Positions 40,005 to 49,547 of a stretch of DNA of 64,000 nucleotides are shown here, piece after piece. The notes below the pieces were generated by a model that ran no database searches, was not told the origin of the DNA, and was given only the letters and a program-made list of their open reading frames with translations. Position 1 is the first letter of the stretch, and each line of letters opens with the position of its first letter. Source of the stretch: Candidatus Poribacteria bacterium (GTDB lineage Bacteria; Poribacteria; WGA-4E; PCPOR2b). The stretch lies in contig OZ244042.1 in the NCBI GenBank assembly GCA_965215015.1, positions 4,192,001 to 4,256,000 on the forward strand, given 5' to 3'. The position numbers were made by a program, and so were the translations under genes.

Positions 40005-40353
40005 CGTTTCCCTTTCTGATTGAAATTAAAAACCTCAAAGTGCCAAAATACGCCCACACCTCTTCCGCTTTGCCCTCGATAATGACTTTCCGCTTCTCCC
40101 GCTGATATACAGGCGTTTCAACGTGACAACCCTCGTACCTATCCAAAATAGCAAAATCTTGAACTGTTAGTCCTCGCCAAACAACCCCTTCGACGCTCGA
40201 ATTTTCGGTGGGTATCATTACCAAATACCCCCATTTAGAGGTAATAGTTGTGCATTCAGGCATTATCACCATGCTTGGATCACCGAGGGAACGCCCAAGC
40301 AGCGATTGAATAAATTCCCTATCTTTCAAGGTGCCATATACAAAGAGGTTCAT
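39985..40353 (-). CDS. Gamma-glutamylcyclotransferase (AIG2-like)
   Basis: LFVYGTL, LDRYEG, Y..R, WAY. Confidence 0.85.
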   Translation of the reverse strand: MNLFVYGTLKDREFIQSLLGRSLGDPSMVIMPECTTITSKWGYLVMIPTENSSVEGVVWRGLTVQDFAILDRYEGCHVETPVYQREKRKVIIEGKAEEVWAYFGTLRFLISIRKGNDEPNIG

Positions 40354-40437
40354 AGTACAGAGTAAAACGTGGCGACTCATGTTAAGAAATTGTACAACAG
40401 ATACCGATGACCGGATTCCCCTTCCTTCCTATCCACG

Positions 40438-40681
40438 AATCCACGCGAATCTGCACAAATTCATTTTAGATTTGTGCAGTTGAATTCCACAGCGCGATGC
40501 CAAACCTTTGGGTAGATGGGGCTTCACCCTTGGGGATGGAATCCATTGAGGAGTGTGTATTATTTGAGAGCCAGCAAGTCGTAGTGTAGGTTTCCTAATC
40601 TGCAATCGTGCCTCAATGCAAAATCGGAGAAGGTTGGGCATCAAGTGTATAATTTCTATCATTAATAAATTCGCGTGGATT
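40438..40681. repeat. Segment bounded by a perfect 13-bp inverted repeat
   Basis: AATCCACGCGAAT (40438-40450) / ATTCGCGTGGATT (40669-40681). Confidence 0.6.
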
Positions 40682-40757
40682 GGCGGAAACTTACAACTTA
40701 TAATCGTGATTTGCACTTTCCTTACACAAGCCAATGTGACACACCAGAGCCTCCTGA

Positions 40758-43211
40758 TTACACTTTACGTTTTAGCGTGAGATAGAAGCGGCTCCCTTTG
40801 CCTAATTGACTCTCTGCCCAGACCTGACCACCGTGGAGTTCGACGAGATTTTTCACTATCGGCAATCCCAAACCGATGCCTCCCCTTTTTGAGTCCGCAA
40901 CCCGATGGAAGCGGTCAAAAATGAAATCCAATTCTGTCTGGCTAATACCGATGCCCATGTCTTCGACGCAGATTTGAAGCATCTGATCCGATAGTATTGT
41001 TACACTGACCCCCACGTGCCTACCGTTTTCAGTATACTTGAGGGCGTTATCCAGCAAGTTTGTTATAATCTGCCCCACCTTGTCAGAGTCCACAAACGCA
41101 ACGACATCCAAGGCACAGTCCAAATCAACTTGGATACCTTTCCTATCTGCTATCGGCAGAATCCCCGCGATTGCCTCATCAAGAATAGGGTACAGCTCCG
41201 TTGGCTCCAGCTGCAAGGAAATCTTACCCGACTCAATCTGTGAGAGATCTAATAGGTCATTAATCAACCGGATGAGCCGATCACAATTGTCCTTCACGCG
41301 CAACAGATAGCCTGCCTGCTTATCAGAAAGCCCTCCGCCTACGCCATCAAGCAGATTATCCACAAACCCTTTGATATGGGTCAACGGCGTCCGTAGTTCG
41401 TGAGACACATTATCCAAAAATTGAGATTTGAGTGTGTCCAATTGCCTGAGTTGATCGTACGTCTCCTTGAGAGCAGCAGCGATGTTGTTAAAATCCGAGA
41501 CCAAATCGCCACTTGCAACTCTTGGTATTGTGCCACCATAAGTGTCCAGATAGGTCGTCATCAGTTGTTGCCGTGCTGTTTCCATCGCTTTTGTTCGTGC
41601 ACTTAGCTGGGCGTAGAGCATCGCATTTTCAATCGCGGTCGCCCCTTGATGGGCAAGTGTACCGAGCAGTGCCAAATCGGTTTGCGTATACGGTTCTTCC
41701 GATAACTTTTGACCGAGTACAAGCAAGCCCACTAGATTCTCGTTTTCTTTTATCCGTGTCACAAACGGAATCCACACCGCGGATTGGAGAAAGCTAATAA
41801 AATCCTCTGCCGATTCGGAGGGTGCAATGTGAATTAAATCCGGATCGAGGGGCTGATCTGAAAAATCAAGCGGTTTGTCCACCTTTTGCAGCCGTTTAAG
41901 CAGAGAGGTGGATAATGTCAATGGCAACCCATCGGGTAGCGCATCAACCCCGATAGTCGCCTCTGGAACAAATTGTGCGCCTGCCCCTGAAAGCGGGTTC
42001 GACTCACCTCCCTGATTGTATTGGGATTCAAAGTAACCCGACACACGATACATTACAACCCCGCGATTTGTATGTATCGCTTTCGTGACTTGACGGAGTA
42101 AGGTATCTACTAAAATTTCCAGATCGAGGATAGAATGGAGCGTCTGGCTCAACGCCAAAAGGGTTTGACGGTAGTTGTACGCCTCGCGGTCGAATGCCCG
42201 ATCTATCAACTTCTGAATGCGCGTCTTAGCGGGCGCGAAGAGCACAGCGGCAATAAGCACCGATATAGCTGTCACTGTTCGAGAACGCGCAGCCGTATGG
42301 AAAAACATAGTGAGTCCTTGAATACTTAACAGATAAATGCCGAGCGCAAAGCCGCTGACAAGTGTATACACAACGCTGCGATTGATAATGAGCTCGATAT
42401 TCATCAACCGGTGACGGATAATCGCTATGACATAGCAGATCGGGATGAGGCATAATGTGTAAGCCGAAAAGCGGACATAGGGAATCGAGACATCCCCAAA
42501 CTGCGGAATTGTCGTGAAAATAGCTTGGGGGAGTGTCCCCGCAGCGATACCGAGCAACAACCATCGTGCTTGACGACGTTGGGAAGCAGAAGGTGCAGCG
42601 AAACAGGTATGCAGGAGTAGCAACTGTCCAGCAATCGAATAAATAAAAAGAAACCCAGTCATGACATTTTCCAGGGGCGATAGCAGTATCATGAAAAACT
42701 CGCGGGTGTAGTCGTGCCCACGCAAATAAAAGAAAGAGATGACAAAGCACAAAGCAATCCCCGGAACGTAGAGGACTTTCAACAGCCACGCATAACGCTG
42801 GACAAACTTTTTTTCTGCTGGAAAGATAAGAAAGCAGTGGAGAAAAAGGCAGGGGGTAATTGTCGCCGATACGAACTGGCAGACTGGCACAATCCGACTG
42901 CTCAATGTGCCTTCAGTGCTTGAGAAGGTGGCGTCAACAGAGCATATACTCATGAAACCGATGCTCATCAGGTAAGAGATTCGCACCGCCCGATGCGACC
43001 CCAAAGTCTCTTCACCTCTGTTTTTTGCATCAGATTGTGATTGCTGCATCCACACGAGCGTTGCAACTACCCATGTGATGAGTCCAATCAGGTAGAAGTA
43101 GCCGGTTTCAGGTGTATCGGGTGCTCTAGCGAAACTCCGTGCGCCGACGATGAGGTATACGCCTGACGCAAGAATATAGAGAATGGTGGTCAGGTCGCGT
43201 TGGATTTTCAT
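40758..43211 (-). CDS. Multi-TM sensor histidine kinase with GAF domain
   Basis: Several N-terminal TM helices, GAF, NVSHELRTPL, NLLDNALKY, DMGIGI, GIGLGL. Confidence 0.92.
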   Translation of the reverse strand: MKIQRDLTTILYILASGVYLIVGARSFARAPDTPETGYFYLIGLITWVVATLVWMQQSQSDAKNRGEETLGSHRAVRISYLMSIGFMSICSVDATFSSTEGTLSSRIVPVCQFVSATITPCLFLHCFLIFPAEKKFVQRYAWLLKVLYVPGIALCFVISFFYLRGHDYTREFFMILLSPLENVMTGFLFIYSIAGQLLLLHTCFAAPSASQRRQARWLLLGIAAGTLPQAIFTTIPQFGDVSIPYVRFSAYTLCLIPICYVIAIIRHRLMNIELIINRSVVYTLVSGFALGIYLLSIQGLTMFFHTAARSRTVTAISVLIAAVLFAPAKTRIQKLIDRAFDREAYNYRQTLLALSQTLHSILDLEILVDTLLRQVTKAIHTNRGVVMYRVSGYFESQYNQGGESNPLSGAGAQFVPEATIGVDALPDGLPLTLSTSLLKRLQKVDKPLDFSDQPLDPDLIHIAPSESAEDFISFLQSAVWIPFVTRIKENENLVGLLVLGQKLSEEPYTQTDLALLGTLAHQGATAIENAMLYAQLSARTKAMETARQQLMTTYLDTYGGTIPRVASGDLVSDFNNIAAALKETYDQLRQLDTLKSQFLDNVSHELRTPLTHIKGFVDNLLDGVGGGLSDKQAGYLLRVKDNCDRLIRLINDLLDLSQIESGKISLQLEPTELYPILDEAIAGILPIADRKGIQVDLDCALDVVAFVDSDKVGQIITNLLDNALKYTENGRHVGVSVTILSDQMLQICVEDMGIGISQTELDFIFDRFHRVADSKRGGIGLGLPIVKNLVELHGGQVWAESQLGKGSRFYLTLKRKV

Positions 43212-43297
43212 TTAAGTCTTTCCCCAGTAGCACCCCACCCCAAACTGAGGGGACGCCCACGCCTCCCTTATGGTGTAGGTTGATTATTTTTGGGGAT

Positions 43298-43626
43298 AAG
43301 TCGTTACTGGCTTTTAATAAAACTCAAAGCCGCACTCCCCTCAGCCCCCCCGCAAGTGGAGGGAAGGGGAACGCAAAAAAAAGAAAACGAGAGAAATGGC
43401 TTCCCCCGTGCCCCCTCGTCAGAGAAGGAGGGGGCGTTTCTTAGTTCCAATCCCGATGAAACCGTGAATCCCCGATGCCGTAAGCATTCCCTTGGGAGAG
43501 CAACAGCATCGGGTCTGGTGCCTCCTCCCCCTTACCCCCCTCGAATCCCCCCGCAAGCGGAGGGACGCAGGGGGGTAAGGGGGAGGCGACTTGGCGTTAA
43601 ATTTAGAGAAAAGCCAATAACTACTC
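43298..43626. mobile_element. MITE-like composite of GC-rich palindromes
   Basis: AAGTCGTTACTGGCTTT (43298-43314) vs reverse complement GAGTAGTTATTGGCTTT (43610-43626); two CCCCCGCAAG(T/C)GGAGGGA units inside. Confidence 0.5.
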
Positions 43627-43632
43627 ATTGCG

Positions 43633-44190
43633 TTATTTTTTTAGCCCTGCTTCCAGATAAGATTGATAATACACAAGGTCAGGTGTCACGGCATCCGGAT
43701 CCTTGCCTATCTCATCATATCGACGCAGCCGCACCGCGTCAGCGAAATGGGGTAAGGCTTCAAATACTTTGACTTCCGTTTCCGTTAGTGGGCCACCCTG
43801 CAGTTCCAAACTTCTAACCGAGACGGGGGATAGCTTATTGAAATAGCTCGGTTCCACAGCACAGAGATATCGTTTCGCAGGCACATGCAATCGCGCGGGT
43901 TCCGTAACGGCTCGAACAAAGTACGGCTCTAAAAGCGCAGCGGCAAGCTCTTCATGCTTGTCATCTATCCCGCGTGCTACAACCTCTTGGGGCAGATCGT
44001 GAACTAGATGACCGTAGTCGTGCAGGATAGCAGCCGCTATTAACGTATCGCTAGCACCATCCTTCTCAGCAGCGTGGGCGGTTTGTAACGCGTGCTGCCG
44101 TTGCGTGACCTGTTCGCCACCTTCATAGAGCTCGTTGCCGTGTTTCTGAAACGCTTCAAAGATCTCGTTAATAATATTCGTTTTGCTCAC
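43633..44190 (-). CDS. PhnZ/TmpB-like HD-domain di-iron oxygenase
   Basis: Y.GEQVTQRQHALQ, AAILHDYGH, HE, HVPAKRYL, S..SLELQGGP, LRRYDEIGK. Confidence 0.88.
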   Translation of the reverse strand: MSKTNIINEIFEAFQKHGNELYEGGEQVTQRQHALQTAHAAEKDGASDTLIAAAILHDYGHLVHDLPQEVVARGIDDKHEELAAALLEPYFVRAVTEPARLHVPAKRYLCAVEPSYFNKLSPVSVRSLELQGGPLTETEVKVFEALPHFADAVRLRRYDEIGKDPDAVTPDLVYYQSYLEAGLKK

Positions 44191-44235
44191 TCTCCTATCC
44201 TTCCGCGTGAAAAATGGGGAAGTTTATGTTTTCCG

Positions 44236-45282
44236 TTAAAACACAATCTCCCGCTCAGTTCTCGCTGATTCATAGCAGCCATCGATTAGTTTTTGTAGAT
44301 TCAGTAGCTGCCGACGATCCTGCATTGACCAAGGACGCCCAGTCCGCAAATGTTCGATAATGTCTGCGTCTTGGTTTCGGATGCTCTCGCCCCAACCACT
44401 GCTCTCCTGCAATTCCGGGGTTTTATCGACAACCTCTCCGTTTTCGTCAACTGTTACAATGAACGGATCACTGTTGAGTTTACCTTTGGTTGTAACCATC
44501 TCGAAGTGGTGAGGTGGGGGACGGTCATCACACCAGTTTCCCTCTAACACGCAGATAGAACCATTATCAAACCGAACAAGCGCGGTGAACAAATCTTCAA
44601 CATTGAACCGTTCCCTTATCTCCGGTGAGGCGATGGGGCCACGCTTTCCGGGAAACAAGCACCGCATGGAGGCACTTACCGAGACCGGATTCGGGGAACC
44701 TCCCACCCAGATGGCAAGGTCTAACGCGTGTATCAGTGTGGAAGCGAGGACACCACCGGCAGAGCTGCTCAGATAATAGTGAGGCCCCCACCAAGGTGGA
44801 TTGACGTGACACCCCCAAACTTTGCAGAACACGGGCGTTCCGACCGCGCCGGACGCCACTAAATCGTGGAGGCAACGGGAGGTGCCCATATATCGCATAT
44901 TCGTGCCAAGCTGCACCTGACGATCAAGCCGCTCCGCCGTATCAAGCACTGCTTCTGCCTCCTCCAAATTCCTCATGAACGGCTTTTCGCACAGCACATC
45001 CGCTCCCGCTTCCAGTGCCGCAAGTGCCATCTGTTCATGAGTGTTCGGCATCGTAGCAACAATCACCAAGTCAAGCTCACCGGGCGCGAGCATCTTCTTG
45101 AAATCATCAGTTGCCTGTGCTTGGGGCCACACCTCCTTTGCATTCTGCAGCCGTTCGGAACTTAGGTCACAGAACGCACTCACGATAGCGATTTCTGTAC
45201 TCAATTCCTTAATAACTCTTAGGTGATTTTGACCCTGCGCTCCGCAACCAATCACACCAACCCGTATCGGTGGATCTATCAT
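44236..45282 (-). CDS. Gfo/Idh/MocA family oxidoreductase
   Basis: GVIGCGAQG, VLCEKP, GGVL...IHALD. Confidence 0.9.
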   Translation of the reverse strand: MIDPPIRVGVIGCGAQGQNHLRVIKELSTEIAIVSAFCDLSSERLQNAKEVWPQAQATDDFKKMLAPGELDLVIVATMPNTHEQMALAALEAGADVLCEKPFMRNLEEAEAVLDTAERLDRQVQLGTNMRYMGTSRCLHDLVASGAVGTPVFCKVWGCHVNPPWWGPHYYLSSSAGGVLASTLIHALDLAIWVGGSPNPVSVSASMRCLFPGKRGPIASPEIRERFNVEDLFTALVRFDNGSICVLEGNWCDDRPPPHHFEMVTTKGKLNSDPFIVTVDENGEVVDKTPELQESSGWGESIRNQDADIIEHLRTGRPWSMQDRRQLLNLQKLIDGCYESARTEREIVF

Positions 45283-45391
45283 ATCTACTCCTCTTCGCAA
45301 AATTGTTTACTGTAGTTCTTCATCTTTTAACCTGCGGATGATTTTATTGTCGTTGGGATATTTCGTTTTCACCGACTTTTACCGGTCGCTG

Positions 45392-46186
45392 TTACCCCGT
45401 CCAATTTTCACACCCTCGGAAAGCCATATGGAATTCCTCTACATACTTCGGACGGGGTACGTAATCATTCACGCCGGGGACAATCTCACCACGTAACAGA
45501 AAAGCACAGGGCCAAGGCTCCTTCGAGGTTATTTGTGTGCTTGTCGGGATGTAGCGAATAGTCAAGCCACATCGCCGCTCCGCAGAGGTATTCGAGTTGG
45601 ATCCGTGAATGATGTTTGGGTGATGCACTGAAACATCACCGGCTTTCATCACAAAGTCAACTGCTTTGGATTCATCGACCAAAGTGGGATCTATGTGTGA
45701 GCTGAGAACATTAGGGAAATCAGTGCTGCGCTGCATTTCATGGAGTTCCATTCGGTGTGTGCCGGGAATAACGCGCATGCAACCGTTAGTCGGAGTCGAA
45801 TCATCGACAGCAACCCATAGCGTAACAACTTCCATCGGTGCCAGGGGCCAATAGCTGCCATCCTGGTGCCAAAGCACAGGTCTCCCGTCAGTGGGCGGCT
45901 TGCTGATATAGTGGGATGCAAACAAAGCGATGTTAGGGCCGATAAAGATTTCTGCAATATCAAGCAGTCGAGAATCACTAATCAGCCGGACCCAGAACGG
46001 ATCTTCTCTGACAAGCCCATGGTGTAGATGTTCAGGGCGTAATTCTGGATTCTTCTCAAGCAGCCAATTAACATGATTGCTTGTCTCTTGAATTAAGTCT
46101 GAGTCCAAAACGTCTCGAAAAATTGCATAGCCATCGCGTTCATATTGATGTTGAACGAGGGAGCGTTCGTTCGATGAATTGTCCAT
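45392..46186 (-). CDS. Phytanoyl-CoA dioxygenase (PhyH) family protein
   Basis: YERDGY, WHQD, NGCMRVIPGTH, HGSNSN, RRCGLTIRY. Confidence 0.9.
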   Translation of the reverse strand: MDNSSNERSLVQHQYERDGYAIFRDVLDSDLIQETSNHVNWLLEKNPELRPEHLHHGLVREDPFWVRLISDSRLLDIAEIFIGPNIALFASHYISKPPTDGRPVLWHQDGSYWPLAPMEVVTLWVAVDDSTPTNGCMRVIPGTHRMELHEMQRSTDFPNVLSSHIDPTLVDESKAVDFVMKAGDVSVHHPNIIHGSNSNTSAERRCGLTIRYIPTSTQITSKEPWPCAFLLRGEIVPGVNDYVPRPKYVEEFHMAFRGCENWTG

Positions 46187-46360
46187 CTGATTTCCTTTCG
46201 AGATAGGTGTTGGGGCTTAAACATCAGGCATAAGTTGTCCTCACCCAAGCAGGCGGCCCTCATTTTAGCACGAATTCGCGCGTGATGTAAAGTCAACTTT
46301 TGCAATTGGGAGGGGCATTTAGTTCTCTTGTAGGCGGGATCTCCGAATCCCGACTTCAAG

Positions 46361-46834
46361 TTAATGGCTGGATTCCTTTTTCTCAATCGGAACCTGCATC
46401 AACTCTAAGATAAAACCATCTGGGTCCTTGAAGAACACTACATATACGATCCCCCATTCCAAGTCAAAGCTAACCGGCTCCGACACAAATTCGACTCCCT
46501 TTGCTTTCAGATCTTGATAGGCAGCCCAAACGTCCGGTACACCAAAGCAGAAATGCGAGTGAGCAACATCCCCTAATTGTGCATCGGCCACTTTGCCTTC
46601 GGGCGCGACGTATTGCTGCAGGTCGAGCATGACTCCCGGCGTTTGGGGTGCTTCTAACCGTACCACTTCCATAATTACATCCGGCTTGCCCGCCATTTTC
46701 GAGATAGTTTCACCCTCTAGGTGATGCCGTTCGACCTCTTTCAGTCCAAGCAGATCGCAGTAAAATGCTAATGAACGTTCCATATCACTGACTGTTACCG
46801 ATACATGCTCTAGAATGTTGACAGAATTAATCAT
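46361..46834 (-). CDS. VOC/glyoxalase family protein
   Basis: HVSVTVSDMERSLAFYCDLLG; HFCF; FFKDPDGFILEL. Confidence 0.9.
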   Translation of the reverse strand: MINSVNILEHVSVTVSDMERSLAFYCDLLGLKEVERHHLEGETISKMAGKPDVIMEVVRLEAPQTPGVMLDLQQYVAPEGKVADAQLGDVAHSHFCFGVPDVWAAYQDLKAKGVEFVSEPVSFDLEWGIVYVVFFKDPDGFILELMQVPIEKKESSH

Positions 46835-46888
46835 GTGACGCCTCTTTCATATCGCGTTATACGCGAATTAAATAAAAAAAACACTTCT

Positions 46889-46978
46889 CATATTGAGTAT
46901 GCCTTCTTGGAATTGTGGTTGCAGGCAGGGAAAATCTTGAGTATAATAAAGTTACCAGTAGTAGGCATACCCAATATG
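46889..46978 (+). promoter_or_regulatory. Sigma70 promoter bracketed by 19-bp inverted repeats
   Basis: CATATTGAGTATGCCTTCT (46889-46907) / AGTAGGCATACCCAATATG (46960-46978), 17/19 match; inside TTGCAG (46919-46924)-17 nt-TATAAT (46942-46947). Confidence 0.65.
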
Positions 46979-47225
46979 CCGTAACCTTCGTTAGATTAGC
47001 CCAAGTTGCTAGGTATTGAAAAGTCATCGGTTTTCCCGTAGGGGTGGGGCCTCTCGTCTATCAAGGGCTCTATCTTTTACTCCAGTTTTGAATCCCGAAG
47101 ATATCAACGGGTTGCGCTACAAGCTATAGACTCAATTCACCAAACATTGTAATACAACACCCTAGGACAGAACCATTAGGTGGCAACTGTGCGTTTCTAT
47201 ATCTTTCGACAAAGGAATATAAACC

Positions 47226-47714
47226 GTGCGATTTCGACGCAAAGAGAAACATGCAAGCGATCCCTCACCTACCAATCAACACACTGAGGTGCCCCAACCC
47301 CACCTTCAGGCACATAAATATAGCATCGAGTTTGATATTTCTCCAGAAATATCTTATTTGAATGATTCGCTCACCCGACTACTACCCGAATTTTTGCCCC
47401 TATTTGAAGGGTTCCCCGAAAGGGTCTGGATCTCGCAGCAAGCCGTTGAAGAGGGGCTTGATTTCTGTCAAGTGACTTTCTGGGTTTTTGCCGAAGAAAC
47501 CGACGCTATCAAGGCGTTTTCTATCTGGTTTCAGGCGTTTTTGAGAGACGAGCGGCTCATCTCGCTTCTAGAACGTTTCGTTAAGCATGCACTCGATGAC
47601 CCTGACGAAATAGAGGTTGTCCTCATGGATTGGGCACGGATTCATGTGACAGAGGCAGAGGCACGACAAGCTGCCGAGAAGGAACACCAACCTAGCCCAT
47701 CAGCAGCCGTGTAG
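47226..47714 (+). CDS. Hypothetical protein
   Basis: 162-aa ORF, GTG start after AAGGA; acidic; no family recognised. Confidence 0.6.
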   Translation: MRFRRKEKHASDPSPTNQHTEVPQPHLQAHKYSIEFDISPEISYLNDSLTRLLPEFLPLFEGFPERVWISQQAVEEGLDFCQVTFWVFAEETDAIKAFSIWFQAFLRDERLISLLERFVKHALDDPDEIEVVLMDWARIHVTEAEARQAAEKEHQPSPSAAV

Positions 47715-47728
47715 CAGGAAAAACGGCG

Positions 47729-47757
47729 TTGACAAACCATACCACAAGTGCTATACT
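47729..47757 (+). promoter_or_regulatory. Sigma70 promoter upstream of lolA-pgsA-thpR-recA-rtcA
   Basis: TTGACA-17 nt-TATACT with extended -10 TG. Confidence 0.65.
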
Positions 47758-48030
47758 GCTAGCGTTGTATTCCATAAACAGCACTTACGCCCCCCAGATT
47801 GCAGTTGTGCTGGACATATAATACGTAATGCGTGATGCGTCATATCAACGATTCTCTTGCACATTACCCGTTACGCGCTATTTTGTTATATTGAATGGAC
47901 GAACTACAAGTCATCAAATGTGCAACGACGTGAGGCACAATAAATTGATTGAAGCTTGTAATAAGAAATCATTGTTTATCTGCATTGCAAAGGAGTGCGG
48001 CTTGGATGAAATCCATATCGCGAAGAGATA

Positions 48031-48741
48031 ATGAAACGGTTCTACTTCCTTTACATTTTTACGTTCCTATTAATCATCGCTGTAAGCAACGCGTCTGCCG
48101 ATACTATCGAGAAGGTGTTTCAGAACTTCAAGACGGCTTACGAAAAATCTAAAAACTTTAGTGCTGACTTTGAGGAAACCACATTGCAAGCCGGGAATAA
48201 AGGTATCGCACGTGGACGCTTGATGTTTAGCCAACCGAACCTGCTGCGCAAGGAATATGTCAGCCATAAAAATCCGGCACAACTAGCACAGCTCATTGTG
48301 CTCGATGGTGAATATTCCTGGGCATATACGCCGCTACTCAGCCAAGTTAATAAGATGAAATGGGGCAGCTCCAACCGCAAGGAGCTATTACCGGGGCTTG
48401 GAGCGTCGTTAGATGAGGCTGCCGAAAAATTCAACATGCAGCTGGTGCCCGATGAGGTGGCAAACCCAAAGGGCATCTACCGGATCAAGCTAACCCCCAA
48501 GCCGCAGATACCCCCTGCTCTTAAAGCTGATATACCTCGCGAAATTATTGAGATATGGGTTAGATCCGATGAATGGTTGCCTGTCCAATTCGGTTATCAA
48601 TCCGAAAGTAATAATGAAGGCAGTATAAGCGTCATTGTTGCGTTTGCTAACATCCAGCGTGACATAGAAATGGACACTGATTTATTCAAATTTGTTATTC
48701 CTGACGGAGCTGAAGTCATTGACCTCTCCGCGAATAAATAA
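48031..48741 (+). CDS. lolA: Outer-membrane lipoprotein carrier LolA family protein
   Basis: Signal peptide, FSADFEE, G.L.FSQPNLLR.EY, IVLDGEYSWAYTP, FKFVIPDGAEVID. Confidence 0.8.
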   Translation: MKRFYFLYIFTFLLIIAVSNASADTIEKVFQNFKTAYEKSKNFSADFEETTLQAGNKGIARGRLMFSQPNLLRKEYVSHKNPAQLAQLIVLDGEYSWAYTPLLSQVNKMKWGSSNRKELLPGLGASLDEAAEKFNMQLVPDEVANPKGIYRIKLTPKPQIPPALKADIPREIIEIWVRSDEWLPVQFGYQSESNNEGSISVIVAFANIQRDIEMDTDLFKFVIPDGAEVIDLSANK

Positions 48742-48832
48742 AAGGTAAGACAATAATTTTGACAAACACTTTACCTGCCAGCTAGCAATCAAATTTTCCC
48801 CAAAGGACATTTTAAAAAGGAAAATCAAGTGT

Positions 48833-49459
48833 ATGAATTTCCATAACCTGATGCGCCTTGCGAATTACTTAACGATTGCACGCATCCTCCTCATCCCTTT
48901 CTTCATGCTTTCTTTTCGATATGAACACATGTTACCTGCGCTTATTATTTTCTGTGTAGCAGCCATTACAGATTATCTGGATGGCGTGATCGCCCGCAAA
49001 CAGGGGACAACGAGTTTTGGCAAATTTATGGATCCGCTCGCAGATAAGCTGCTCGTCGGTGCAGCACTGATTTGTCTGACACGCTTTAAGGGTGGATTGA
49101 TTCCGGGGTGGATGGTGCTAATCATTATAGGCCGCGAGGTAGTCATCACGACCCTACGCTTGAGCTTCGTTAGGCGATACGGTACGGTGATCGCAGCAAG
49201 CAAATGGGGAAAATATAAAACATCTTCACAAATGATTGTCATTATCATTAGCCTCGTTTTACTCGTCAGTCAGGAATATAGCCGATTGTTGAATCTAGCG
49301 GTAGATTTCGTCATTCAACCCCGGGGACCGATTTACTTTATGATGTACATTCCCTTGGGGCTTACGGTGATTTCAGGATTAGAGTTTCTATACAACAACC
49401 GCAAAGGACTTTATGAGTTGATGAGATCCCCGGACACTTACACAGATGATGACATATAG
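48833..49459 (+). CDS. pgsA: CDP-diacylglycerol--glycerol-3-phosphate 3-phosphatidyltransferase
   Basis: TDYLDGVIARK..TSFGKFMDPLADKLL, GK.KT..QM. Confidence 0.92.
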   Translation: MNFHNLMRLANYLTIARILLIPFFMLSFRYEHMLPALIIFCVAAITDYLDGVIARKQGTTSFGKFMDPLADKLLVGAALICLTRFKGGLIPGWMVLIIIGREVVITTLRLSFVRRYGTVIAASKWGKYKTSSQMIVIIISLVLLVSQEYSRLLNLAVDFVIQPRGPIYFMMYIPLGLTVISGLEFLYNNRKGLYELMRSPDTYTDDDI

Positions 49460-49547
49460 TAAAATACTCCCAAAGTGATGTGGGTTGGATTGAACGGGCC
49501 CGTGAAACTCAAAACCCCATCTATTGAACCAATGAACTAATAAACTA

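Noticed and set aside
43290-43772. 160-aa Pro/Gly/Arg-rich ORF
   Set aside because: It is a translation of GC-rich palindromic repeats and overlaps the PhnZ-like gene antisense.
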